A stretch of DNA of 64,000 nucleotides, from assembly GCA_030528295.1 (NCBI GenBank), contig JAUMZC010000001.1, positions 29,444 through 93,443 on the forward strand, written 5' to 3'. The position numbers and the translations under genes are program-made. Positions 55,674 to 64,000 of the stretch are shown here, in pieces. Position 1 is the stretch's first letter; each line of letters opens with the position of its first letter. The DNA is from Corynebacterium sp. Lineage in GTDB: Bacteria; Actinomycetota; Actinomycetes; Mycobacteriales; Mycobacteriaceae. The notes under the pieces are model-generated. The model did no database searches. It was not told where the DNA came from and saw nothing but the letters and a program-made list of their open reading frames with translations.

Positions 55674-57680
55674 TTAGTTGCCGCCGAGGAGGTTAAACGT
55701 GAACACTCCTACGGTGATTTTTCCGTTCTTTTGGAGCGGGGTTCCCGGGGCTGGGGATTGATGTGCAATTTTCCCTTGGTCGATGAGCACGTTGGTTTCT
55801 ACGCGCTCTTGAGTGAGGTTTCCGTCGGGACCTTCCCAGCCCGCAGCACGCAGCGCGCCAATCGCTTGCCCAACGTTCATTCCAACCAGATTAGGAGTGG
55901 TAAGTGCACGACCATTTGATACCTGAACGGTAAGTTCAGCACCTTTGGAAGCGTGAGTTCCTTCCTGCTCACCATTCGGGCCAATCACAGAAATAATTGT
56001 GCCCTCAGGTTCGGAAGAATCAACATATTCCACATGTGGAACGAAATCCAACGAGGTGAGATTGCTTTCAGCGGTTGCCCAGCGGCTGCCAGAAACTACT
56101 GGAATACGTACCTTGGCAATACCGGTGGAAATCGTGATCGTAATGGTGGTTCCTTTACTTACTTGGGAACCAGCAGGAGGCGACATCTCAACAATAGAGC
56201 CCTCAGGAACAGCATCAGATGACGTTTCTTTGAACTTGTCGTCCAGTTTGAGGTGTTGCTTTTCTAGTATTTCGCGAGCTTCATCCGCGTTCTTTCCAGT
56301 AACATCAGGAACCTCAATAACTTCCTTACCGGAAGACACCAATACCTTTACATTGCTGCCTTCTTCTACTTGAGTGCCAGCATCAGGTTCAGTGCTAATC
56401 ACGCTGCCGCGGGCAACTTCTGGATCGGTTTTGGTTTCTACGGTGACTACAAAGCCTGCGTCTTCTAGTTTCGACACAGCCATTTCTTCGCTAATACCAG
56501 TCACTCTAGGAATGGAGACTTTCTTAGAGGCGCTAATTCCACTATTGCCTATGTAATCATAGGCAAAGACTCCGGCGACTGCGATAAAAATAATGACAAC
56601 AATAGAGATCAGCCAAGTGAGCCAATTAGATCGTTTACGTTCTTCTGGTTCTTCTTCGTAAGAATTGTGTGCAAATTGCCGAGGTTCATCAACAACCGCT
56701 ACTGGCCGGATTGCCCCCGGAGTCGGGGTCACCTCGATATCTTGTGCACCACTTATTGTGGTCGTAGCGGCCCCTACAGCTGGATTAATTGGTAAGGCAG
56801 TAGTGAGGTGTGCTTGCGCCGCTCGTGCCACAGCATTTCTACTCACACGCGAAAAATCCTCAGCCAATTCCATGGCACTTTGGTACCGGTCGGCGGGATT
56901 CTTCGCCATTGCGGTAAGGGCAACGGCATTAACATTCGTCGCCATTGTTGGGGAAAGGCCAGGAATAAACTCCGATGGCGGTGGTGCGGTGTCTTGCACG
57001 TGTTGGTATGCAACCGCAAACGCGGTCTCTCCCTCAAAAGGCGGCCTACCCGCTACGATTTCGTAGAACACACAGCCGAGGGAGTAAATGTCGGATCGGG
57101 GATCAGTGTGTTTACCGCGCGCTTGTTCGGGGGACAGGTACTGGGCAGTGCCAATGACCGTAGATGTCTGCGTCATGGCAGACGCGGCGTCGGTAAACGC
57201 ACGTGCAATGCCAAAGTCCATCACCTTCACCGCGCCGGTGTTGGTGATCATGATGTTTGCCGGTTTGATGTCGCGGTGGACAATCCCGGCCTCGTGCGAA
57301 ACCGCCAACGCTTCGCACACAGGTACTAATACTTTCGCGGCATCGGTGGGGGCCAGGGGCCCATCTTCCATGATGATTTCGCGGAGGGTGCGTCCGTGCA
57401 CCAGTTCCATCACAATATAAGGAACTGCAGTACCTTGGATTTCGGTTTCGCCAGTATCGTAAATGGATACGATTGCCGGATGGTTTAATCGACCGGAGTT
57501 TTGTGCCTCCCTACGGAACCGCTCTTTAAATGTAGTATCGCGCGCCAGTTCTAAGCGCATCATTTTCACAGCTACAGGACGACCAAGTAATTTGTCAGTT
57601 GCTGCATAGACATCAGACATACCACCGCTGCCGATGATGCCACCAAGCTCGTAGCGATCCGCAAGTATTCGTGCGCTCAC
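55674..57680 (-). CDS. pknB: Ser/Thr protein kinase PknB with PASTA domains
   Basis: HRDIKPAN, DFG and GTAQYLSPEQ motifs; TM; four PASTA-like repeats. Confidence 0.96.
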   Translation of the reverse strand: MSARILADRYELGGIIGSGGMSDVYAATDKLLGRPVAVKMMRLELARDTTFKERFRREAQNSGRLNHPAIVSIYDTGETEIQGTAVPYIVMELVHGRTLREIIMEDGPLAPTDAAKVLVPVCEALAVSHEAGIVHRDIKPANIMITNTGAVKVMDFGIARAFTDAASAMTQTSTVIGTAQYLSPEQARGKHTDPRSDIYSLGCVFYEIVAGRPPFEGETAFAVAYQHVQDTAPPPSEFIPGLSPTMATNVNAVALTAMAKNPADRYQSAMELAEDFSRVSRNAVARAAQAHLTTALPINPAVGAATTTISGAQDIEVTPTPGAIRPVAVVDEPRQFAHNSYEEEPEERKRSNWLTWLISIVVIIFIAVAGVFAYDYIGNSGISASKKVSIPRVTGISEEMAVSKLEDAGFVVTVETKTDPEVARGSVISTEPDAGTQVEEGSNVKVLVSSGKEVIEVPDVTGKNADEAREILEKQHLKLDDKFKETSSDAVPEGSIVEMSPPAGSQVSKGTTITITISTGIAKVRIPVVSGSRWATAESNLTSLDFVPHVEYVDSSEPEGTIISVIGPNGEQEGTHASKGAELTVQVSNGRALTTPNLVGMNVGQAIGALRAAGWEGPDGNLTQERVETNVLIDQGKIAHQSPAPGTPLQKNGKITVGVFTFNLLGGN

Positions 57681-59242
57681 TGTTGGCTCACCTCTTCTGG
57701 TTCTGATGTCGGCTGGCTGGGGGCGGTAGTTGGTTGGACAGGTTGTTCACTTGTCACCTGTGGTTGTGAAGGTGGAACTGGAAACGCCGTTGGAATCGGA
57801 AAGTTGTTCTGATTCGTCGGAGTTTCTACGTACGATGATGGAAATTGTTGCTGTTGTTGGCTCGATGGTGGATTAAACGGATTGGATTGAGTTGAAGGAG
57901 CAGATGGAAGTTCCTGGTAGCTAGAGTCCTCTTGGGTATCTGGTGCTTCCTTCGACGTACTTGGTTTCGAAGTTGCAGCAGGAGTAGTGGTCGGCGAACG
58001 AGGCGTCGATTGGTCCATAAGACTTAATAGCAGCCAAACAGCGATTGCACCAATTGCCAACACAAGCACGGCTAATAGTGCATAGATACTTGTGTTGTTA
58101 TTAGATTGGTTGTAGTTCGAACGCTGCGGTGCCCGTTGCGGTACGTTCGGAGCGCTCGGGGGTCGCTGGACGTTTTGCCCTTGTTGCATCTGCTGTGGCA
58201 TTCGCCGTTGTTGGAGTTGATGCGTGGGAAGATTCCCTTGTGGCGGACGCTGCGTGGTTTGAATGGTGTTTTGCAGTGGTCGCTGTGGGCCGTGTGGCAT
58301 CACCGTGGTGGCTGATTGCCGTGGCGGTTGCGGACGCTGCTGGGTTTGGGTTTTGGCGTCAGCCATTCCGTTTCGAGGTTCCGGCAATAGGGGTCGCTTA
58401 CCGCTTCGAACGGTGGCGATTGCGCGGGCAAGGGCTGTGCCGTCTTGGTAGCGGCGTTCCGGGTCTTTCCGCAGGGAAACACCGATAAGGTCACGCGTTG
58501 GTTGTGAGATTTCTCGGGGCAGCGGGCGGGGCTGCTTATTGATGTGCGCGATTGCCACCGATACTGAGGAATCGCCAGCAAAAGGACGCCGACCAGCGAG
58601 CATTTCGTAGCCCACAACGCCCAATGAGTACACGTCCGTTGCGGCGGTGACCTGTTTACCCTGTGCTTGTTCCGGCGACACGTATTGTGCGGTGCCGACG
58701 ACCATACCCGTCCGCGTCAGCGGCACAGCTTCAGCGGCTTTAGCGATACCGAAGTCCGCGATCTTCACCGTGCCGTCCTCGGCGATCAGCAAGTTGCCAG
58801 GCTTCATATCACGGTGCACCATGCCCATGCTGTGGATGATGGCTAGGCCGCTCGCGGCTTGCTCGAGGATATCCAGGGTTTCTGCTTCGCTTATCGACGT
58901 CTCTTTGAGTAGACGCTCAGCTAAGGTTTCGCCGCGCACGTACTCCATGGCGATAAAACAGAATGTGTTCCCTGAAGGGTCAGGCAATTCTCGGTAATCA
59001 AAAGTACGGACAACGTTAGGAGAGTCGATACCTTCGGACGCTTGTGCTTCGTTGCGGAAGCGACTTAAAAATTCGGCATTATCCGCAAATTCTGGGCGGA
59101 GTACTTTAACAGCAACTTCTTCATCGGTTCGGGTATCCGTGGCCAACCACACGGTGGACATGCCACCATGCCCAATAACGTGTTGTAGGGCGTAGTCCTC
59201 GCCAATAAGCTCTTGCAAACGCACTTGGGAATCAGTACTCAT
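57677..59242 (-). CDS. pknA: Ser/Thr protein kinase PknA
   Basis: HRDMKPGN and DFGIAK motifs; TM; P/Q/S/T-rich tail. Confidence 0.95.
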   Translation of the reverse strand: MSTDSQVRLQELIGEDYALQHVIGHGGMSTVWLATDTRTDEEVAVKVLRPEFADNAEFLSRFRNEAQASEGIDSPNVVRTFDYRELPDPSGNTFCFIAMEYVRGETLAERLLKETSISEAETLDILEQAASGLAIIHSMGMVHRDMKPGNLLIAEDGTVKIADFGIAKAAEAVPLTRTGMVVGTAQYVSPEQAQGKQVTAATDVYSLGVVGYEMLAGRRPFAGDSSVSVAIAHINKQPRPLPREISQPTRDLIGVSLRKDPERRYQDGTALARAIATVRSGKRPLLPEPRNGMADAKTQTQQRPQPPRQSATTVMPHGPQRPLQNTIQTTQRPPQGNLPTHQLQQRRMPQQMQQGQNVQRPPSAPNVPQRAPQRSNYNQSNNNTSIYALLAVLVLAIGAIAVWLLLSLMDQSTPRSPTTTPAATSKPSTSKEAPDTQEDSSYQELPSAPSTQSNPFNPPSSQQQQQFPSSYVETPTNQNNFPIPTAFPVPPSQPQVTSEQPVQPTTAPSQPTSEPEEVSQQ

Positions 59243-59249
59243 ATTTCAC

Positions 59250-60686
59250 CTATTGCCCTTGTGCTGCGTTGAGAACAGCGTGGCCGATCGGTGCAGCAAC
59301 CGAGCCGCCAGTGGCAGCTTGACCGCGGTCACCACCATTCTTAACGACGACCGCGACAGCTACATCAGCATCTGGATTAAATGCAATGTACCATGTGTGC
59401 GGGTTAGAGTTGCGTGAATCTTCGCCGTGTTCCGCAGTACCAGTTTTCGAAGCCAAGTGGTTCGTACCACCAGGCATCGCCCGCTCTGAAGAACGCATCA
59501 TTTCCGTCAATTGCGCAGCAATTTCCGGACTAATCGCCTGGCCCATTTCCTTCGTCTTGGTGGCACGCAGTTCACTGAGATCCGAGCGGAGAATACGCTT
59601 CACCACGAAGGGCTCCATACGCATTCCGCCATTGGCCACGGTGGCGGCTACGACGGCATTATGCAACACCGACATCCTAACGTCTCGCTGCCCAATCGAA
59701 GACTGTCCACGTGCAGCGGCATCCTCGATGTCACCAATGCCACCTTTTTCTACGGGCAGGCCGAAATCGTACGAGTCCTCAACACCAAATGCTTGAGCTG
59801 TTTCTGTGAGGGCTTCAGCTCCAATATCGACGCCCATTTCCACAAACGCTGTATTACAAGACTTAGCGAAGGCATCAATCAACGTAGTTGTTGCCCCTGA
59901 GCCGCACGACTGCCCACCATAATTCTCCAAGGTGACATTTGTGCCTGGCAAAGTAATTTCGGAAGCCGCCGTCACCTGGCTGTCAGGAGTGTAATTTTTC
60001 TGCAGCGCAGCAGCAGTGGTGATTACCTTGAACGTCGAGCCTGGTGGCAGAATCTCCTGCGTCGCGTGATTCAGTAATGGCGAATCCGGGTCCTGATTCA
60101 GCTGGGTCATTGTTTCTTCGGCTGTAGCTGGATCCACAATTGGCGAAGGATCATAACTAGGAGTGGAAGCCATTGCCAAGATCTCGCCGGTACTTGGGCG
60201 AATCGAAACAACTGCGCCTTGGTAATTGCGACTTGCAAGTTCGTTGTAGGCCGTTTCTTGCATTGCCGGGTTCAAGGTCAATTCGATGCTTGCGCCGCTG
60301 GCTTCTTTGCCCGTAAGCGCATCCCACCATTGGGAGGAAAGCAGCGACGAATCCGTACCGTTCAGGATGTCGTTATAGCTTTTTTCAATGCCTGCGGAAC
60401 CGTAGACATCAGAGATATAGCCCTCGACGGGGCCGTATGCGATGGGGTTAGTGACGTACTCTCGGTGGTAGTAACCGTCCTCATCTTTATTTGAGCGCGC
60501 CAATACAATTCCACCAGCGGAAATTTGGCCACGTGGCATTGATTTCAGTTTGAGGAATTGGCGTCGGTTGTGATTGTTTTCAGCGTATTTTTCTTCCTGG
60601 AAAACCTGAATCCATGAAAGGTTCACCAACAAGATAACTATGAGAATTAGCGAAAAGATTGCGGTATTACGGATTGATTTGTTCAT
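59250..60686 (-). CDS. pbpA: Class B penicillin-binding protein PbpA
   Basis: STFK, SCN and KTG motifs. Confidence 0.94.
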   Translation of the reverse strand: MNKSIRNTAIFSLILIVILLVNLSWIQVFQEEKYAENNHNRRQFLKLKSMPRGQISAGGIVLARSNKDEDGYYHREYVTNPIAYGPVEGYISDVYGSAGIEKSYNDILNGTDSSLLSSQWWDALTGKEASGASIELTLNPAMQETAYNELASRNYQGAVVSIRPSTGEILAMASTPSYDPSPIVDPATAEETMTQLNQDPDSPLLNHATQEILPPGSTFKVITTAAALQKNYTPDSQVTAASEITLPGTNVTLENYGGQSCGSGATTTLIDAFAKSCNTAFVEMGVDIGAEALTETAQAFGVEDSYDFGLPVEKGGIGDIEDAAARGQSSIGQRDVRMSVLHNAVVAATVANGGMRMEPFVVKRILRSDLSELRATKTKEMGQAISPEIAAQLTEMMRSSERAMPGGTNHLASKTGTAEHGEDSRNSNPHTWYIAFNPDADVAVAVVVKNGGDRGQAATGGSVAAPIGHAVLNAAQGQ

Positions 60687-61993
60687 GAATTTGCCTCCGC
60701 TTCTCGCCGAGAAGAATCGGAAATTCGGAGAATAATGGCCATCAGAATGTAATTCGCCATCAACGACGATCCACCTTGTGACATAAAAGGCGTGGTCAAA
60801 CCGGTCATAGGCATCAGTGCCGAAATGCCAGCAGTGACAACGAAAATCTGGATTGCCAATGTGAGTGACAGTCCGGAAGCAACCAGTTTGCCATAGGAAT
60901 CTGGAACCTTCATCGCGGTGTGCATGCCACGAGAAATAAAGATTGCAAACAAAATCAACACGGATGCGATGCCGAACAGGCCGAGCTCTTCGGCCACCGC
61001 AGCCAAAATAAAGTCAGAAAATACAACAGGAATAAGTTGTGGATATCCTTGGCCCAGCCCAGTGCCTGTGATTCCACCCCAGGACATTCCAAACAGTGCT
61101 TGTGACAGCTGGTGTCCGGTTCCTAATGGATCCGCCAAGGGATCCATAAAGTTGGATACGCGGGCTTGGATTTTTGCTGAAACCTGGTAGACCAAAAAGC
61201 CGCCGATGCTTACCAAAATCACACCAATGATGAGCCACGAAGCGCGGCCAGATGCCAGATACAGCATGCCCAACACCGTGCCGAAAAGCAGCAACGCGGG
61301 GCCGAAGTCGTTTTCGCCAGCCATGATCATCAGCGCAATTGCCCAAACGCCAAGGATCGGCGCGAGATCGCGGATCCTGGGGAAATCCAAGCCTAGGATG
61401 CGGTAGCCAGCTACATTAAAAAGTGCTCGTTTATTCACCAAGAGTTGGGCGAAAAAGAGCAACAACATGATTTTGGAAAACTCACCAGGCTGCAACGATA
61501 ACGGACCGATGGTGATCCAAATATCTGCGTCTGCCTCTGTATCCACAGGCCATACCATAGGCAAAGCCAAAAAAATCAGCCCGACGAGCCCAAGAAGGAA
61601 TGAGAACTTGGTTAGGGACCGGTAATCCTTCAAAAAGACCAAGACTAGGACCATGAGTGTGACACCAATAAAGGTCCACATCACTTGGCGGGGTGCGAGC
61701 TCCACTTTGGGCAGGGCAATATCAATGCGGTACACCACAACTAGGCCCAATCCGTTGAGGATTGCCGCTACCGGCAGCATGATTTGATCCGCATGTGGCG
61801 CTTTCCAGCACATCACGAGGTGTGCAATAAGGAATACTGTGATGAAGCCACCGATAATTGTGAGAATATCGGTGGTGAGGTTTCCATTAATCGAGATTTC
61901 GAGGTTAATAACCGCAACCCCAACGATAATGGATGCGAGAATTAAAAGACCTAACTCTAAACGGCGCATACGCAGGCGCTCAAACACAATCAT
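60683..61993 (-). CDS. rodA: SEDS family protein RodA
   Basis: QPGEFSK, DFG, DFI..EELG and TGLTTPFMSQGGSS motifs. Confidence 0.93.
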   Translation of the reverse strand: MIVFERLRMRRLELGLLILASIIVGVAVINLEISINGNLTTDILTIIGGFITVFLIAHLVMCWKAPHADQIMLPVAAILNGLGLVVVYRIDIALPKVELAPRQVMWTFIGVTLMVLVLVFLKDYRSLTKFSFLLGLVGLIFLALPMVWPVDTEADADIWITIGPLSLQPGEFSKIMLLLFFAQLLVNKRALFNVAGYRILGLDFPRIRDLAPILGVWAIALMIMAGENDFGPALLLFGTVLGMLYLASGRASWLIIGVILVSIGGFLVYQVSAKIQARVSNFMDPLADPLGTGHQLSQALFGMSWGGITGTGLGQGYPQLIPVVFSDFILAAVAEELGLFGIASVLILFAIFISRGMHTAMKVPDSYGKLVASGLSLTLAIQIFVVTAGISALMPMTGLTTPFMSQGGSSLMANYILMAIILRISDSSRREAEANS

Positions 61994-63360
61994 GACGCCT
62001 CCCGACAGTTCACTCCAGGCTTTTTCTGTTCCGTTGGTTGAGTACCAGAAGCGCCGTTTTGACCAGTGCTGGAAGCACAGACTGGTAAAGCATCTTCCGA
62101 AAGGCGCAACATTTGGTTAAGGACTGAATTATAAGAGCCAGCAGGCAATGTAGCAATTTCTCTGCGGGATTCTGGCAGGTCAGTAAGTTTAAATGCCCGG
62201 CAGTTAGAGTCACCTTGGCTATTAGCGTCTACCAGCGACAACGCGCCGGTATCATTGATGCAGGTTCGTTGAAAATGGCTGTGTAATGAATAGCCGAAGA
62301 CGTCCTGGCTTAGACCCCGCTCAATCACCAGTGTTCCATCGTCTTCGGCAATGTAAAAAGTGTTGCGAATGTGGTTGTATCCCAGCCAACCACCGACCGC
62401 TAAACCCACTAGAAGCGCAAGTGATACCCATAGCGCCAGTTTTCGACTTTTCTTCGGCTTCGCCACAGCAGTATCGACGACCGGTTTTGGTTGCGGTTCT
62501 TCCGCAGGGGGCGTCGCAAGTGCCACCCCAGACCGCATTGTTGCCGCGCGACCCGCAGCAGTGTCTGGGCGTGGTGATTCTGGTTCGCCTGAATTCAGTG
62601 CACCGGCTGTCACTGGGACAGTGGAAACATACGCACTGTTGGCATTATCCCCAGGCACAATATCGGCAACAACTACGGTCACATTATCAGGGCCGCCTGA
62701 ACGCAAGGCCAGTTCCACCAGACGCTGAGCAGCATTGGCTGGGGTGCCTTGCTGCAATGTCTCTTCAATAGTGGCGTGGGTGACCGGGTCGGACAAACCA
62801 TCGGAGCATAACAGCAAACGGTCGCCGATCTGGGCGTCGAGAATTGTGACGGTAGGTTCAACCGGGCGGCCGTTGTATGCCTTGAGAATCAGCGAGCGTT
62901 GCGGGTGTGTGGAAACATCTTCGGGGTCGAGCTTGCCCTCCGCAACCAGCGTTTGAACAAACGTGTCGTCCGTGGTGATTTGCTCGAGCACCCCATGCCG
63001 CAACCGGTAGCCGCGGGAATCTCCGACGTGGCACAAGCCAAAACGGTAACCGTCGAACATTAACGCTGTGAGCGTTGTTCCCATGCCGTCGGTCTCAGGG
63101 GCCTGGCGGACTCGCTCTGCAATGGCGCGGTTTCCGTCATCCGCTACCGAGGCCAAGATGGCCAGCATGTCGTTTTCGCCAGGATGAACATCCAGCTGCT
63201 TCACATGTTGAATCATGAGTTGTGAAGCTATTTCTCCAGCAGCATGTCCCCCCATACCATCCGCAAGCGCGAGAAGATGAGGGCCGGCATACGCTGAATC
63301 TTCGTTGTTTCCGCGAACTAAACCTCTATCCGAGGCAACGGCGTAATTAAGTTTCAGCAT
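61990..63360 (-). CDS. pstP: PP2C-family Ser/Thr phosphatase PstP/Ppp
   Basis: NNEDS, ADGMGGH, CSDGL and GGPDNVT motifs; TM. Confidence 0.94.
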   Translation of the reverse strand: MLKLNYAVASDRGLVRGNNEDSAYAGPHLLALADGMGGHAAGEIASQLMIQHVKQLDVHPGENDMLAILASVADDGNRAIAERVRQAPETDGMGTTLTALMFDGYRFGLCHVGDSRGYRLRHGVLEQITTDDTFVQTLVAEGKLDPEDVSTHPQRSLILKAYNGRPVEPTVTILDAQIGDRLLLCSDGLSDPVTHATIEETLQQGTPANAAQRLVELALRSGGPDNVTVVVADIVPGDNANSAYVSTVPVTAGALNSGEPESPRPDTAAGRAATMRSGVALATPPAEEPQPKPVVDTAVAKPKKSRKLALWVSLALLVGLAVGGWLGYNHIRNTFYIAEDDGTLVIERGLSQDVFGYSLHSHFQRTCINDTGALSLVDANSQGDSNCRAFKLTDLPESRREIATLPAGSYNSVLNQMLRLSEDALPVCASSTGQNGASGTQPTEQKKPGVNCREAS

Positions 63361-63831
63361 TTAAGGTTCGAGCCTCACTGTAGTCCGGCCAATCACAATT
63401 TCCACCCCAACATCAACACGTTCTGGCTGGTCTATTCGGTAGCCATTGATAAACGTGCCGTTTCGGGAATCTAAGTCTTCAACAAACCACTCTGAGCCTC
63501 GGCGGAAAAAATGTGCATGCCGTGCCGAGGCGTAGTCATCGTTGATGGGGAAGGAGCAGTCAGGGCTGCGCCCCAGGACAATATCCTGAACATTGTCAAC
63601 CTCAACGTAAGTGCCAGCCAACGGTCCCTCAACAATCATGAGGATGCGAGCTACTCCGCCTTTACCACCGCCAGTGCCCCCATCACTCAGAGGGGCGGCA
63701 CTCACACCAGAAGGCCCAAAAGTGGAAGCGTACTTTGCGTCAGCCCGTAGTGCGCGCAAACTCATAAAAACAAAGAACCACAGTAAGACCAGCAGGCCAA
63801 TGCGAAAAGCAAACAACACGAAGGTATCCAT
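63361..63831 (-). CDS. fhaB: FHA domain protein FhaB/FipA
   Basis: N-terminal TM; GR..SARHA..SRNGT FHA motif; AAGGAG SD before ATG 63831. Confidence 0.9.
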   Translation of the reverse strand: MDTFVLFAFRIGLLVLLWFFVFMSLRALRADAKYASTFGPSGVSAAPLSDGGTGGGKGGVARILMIVEGPLAGTYVEVDNVQDIVLGRSPDCSFPINDDYASARHAHFFRRGSEWFVEDLDSRNGTFINGYRIDQPERVDVGVEIVIGRTTVRLEP

Positions 63832-63856
63832 GTGGGTCTCCTTGTTTAAGTATGAA

Positions 63857-64000
63857 TTAGCCGCTAATACGTACTTCGATATAAGAGTGGCCCACGGCAA
63901 TTACATCGCCATCAGCCAACAACCAGTTTTCTACTGGCATATTATTCACCGTAGTGCCATTGGTTGATTGCAGATCAACCAATACAGCGTCGCGGCCATC
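63857..64000 (-). CDS. fhaA: FHA domain protein FhaA, 3' end only (runs off the window)
   Basis: Translated by hand: DGRDAVLVDLQSTNGTTVNNMPVENWLLADGDVIAVGHSYIEVRISG*. Confidence 0.85.
   Translation of the reverse strand, partial: DGRDAVLVDLQSTNGTTVNNMPVENWLLADGDVIAVGHSYIEVRISG

Noticed and set aside
57690-58360. Q/P/S/T-rich low-complexity sequence in pknA
   Set aside because: Ordinary disordered linker and tail of actinobacterial PknA, not a DNA repeat element

Overview
This is the chromosomal replication-origin region of an actinobacterium, very probably a Corynebacterium, judged from gene order and protein sequences. From left to right it carries: DUF1846, Fpg/Nei, and a membrane cluster (VanZ, DUF2752 and three tandem CD225/dispanin IFITM-like genes); leuS, a dicarboxylate/amino-acid symporter, SdpI, a NUDIX hydrolase and an orphan AbiEi antitoxin; an attenuator-controlled trp operon with two trpB copies (trpL-trpB-trpEGD-trpCF-trpB-trpA); an HNH/DUF222-like gene and a cluster of parS sites; the conserved CCA-enzyme/NUDIX/murJ/sigM/trxBA/cwlM block; parB-parA-rsmG-yidC-yidD-rnpA-rpmH; dnaA-oriC-dnaN-recF-dciA-gyrB; an RHH plus degenerate mini-Fic/Doc pair divergent from gyrA; tRNA-Ile and tRNA-Ala; ppiA, a rhomboid protease, crgA and the pknB-pknA-pbpA-rodA-pstP-fhaB-fhaA operon. 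The most notable signals are: (1) a second, very dense DnaA-box array about 12 kb from oriC with more perfect boxes than oriC itself; (2) a strongly iterated 11-mer, GCNTWTCGACG, found in several frames and on both strands; (3) the triple CD225 plus DUF2752 membrane module; (4) a catalytically degenerate Fic/Doc-RHH pair between gyrB and gyrA. All family assignments come from reading motifs and synteny by eye, and all motif counts are manual. No database search was run.
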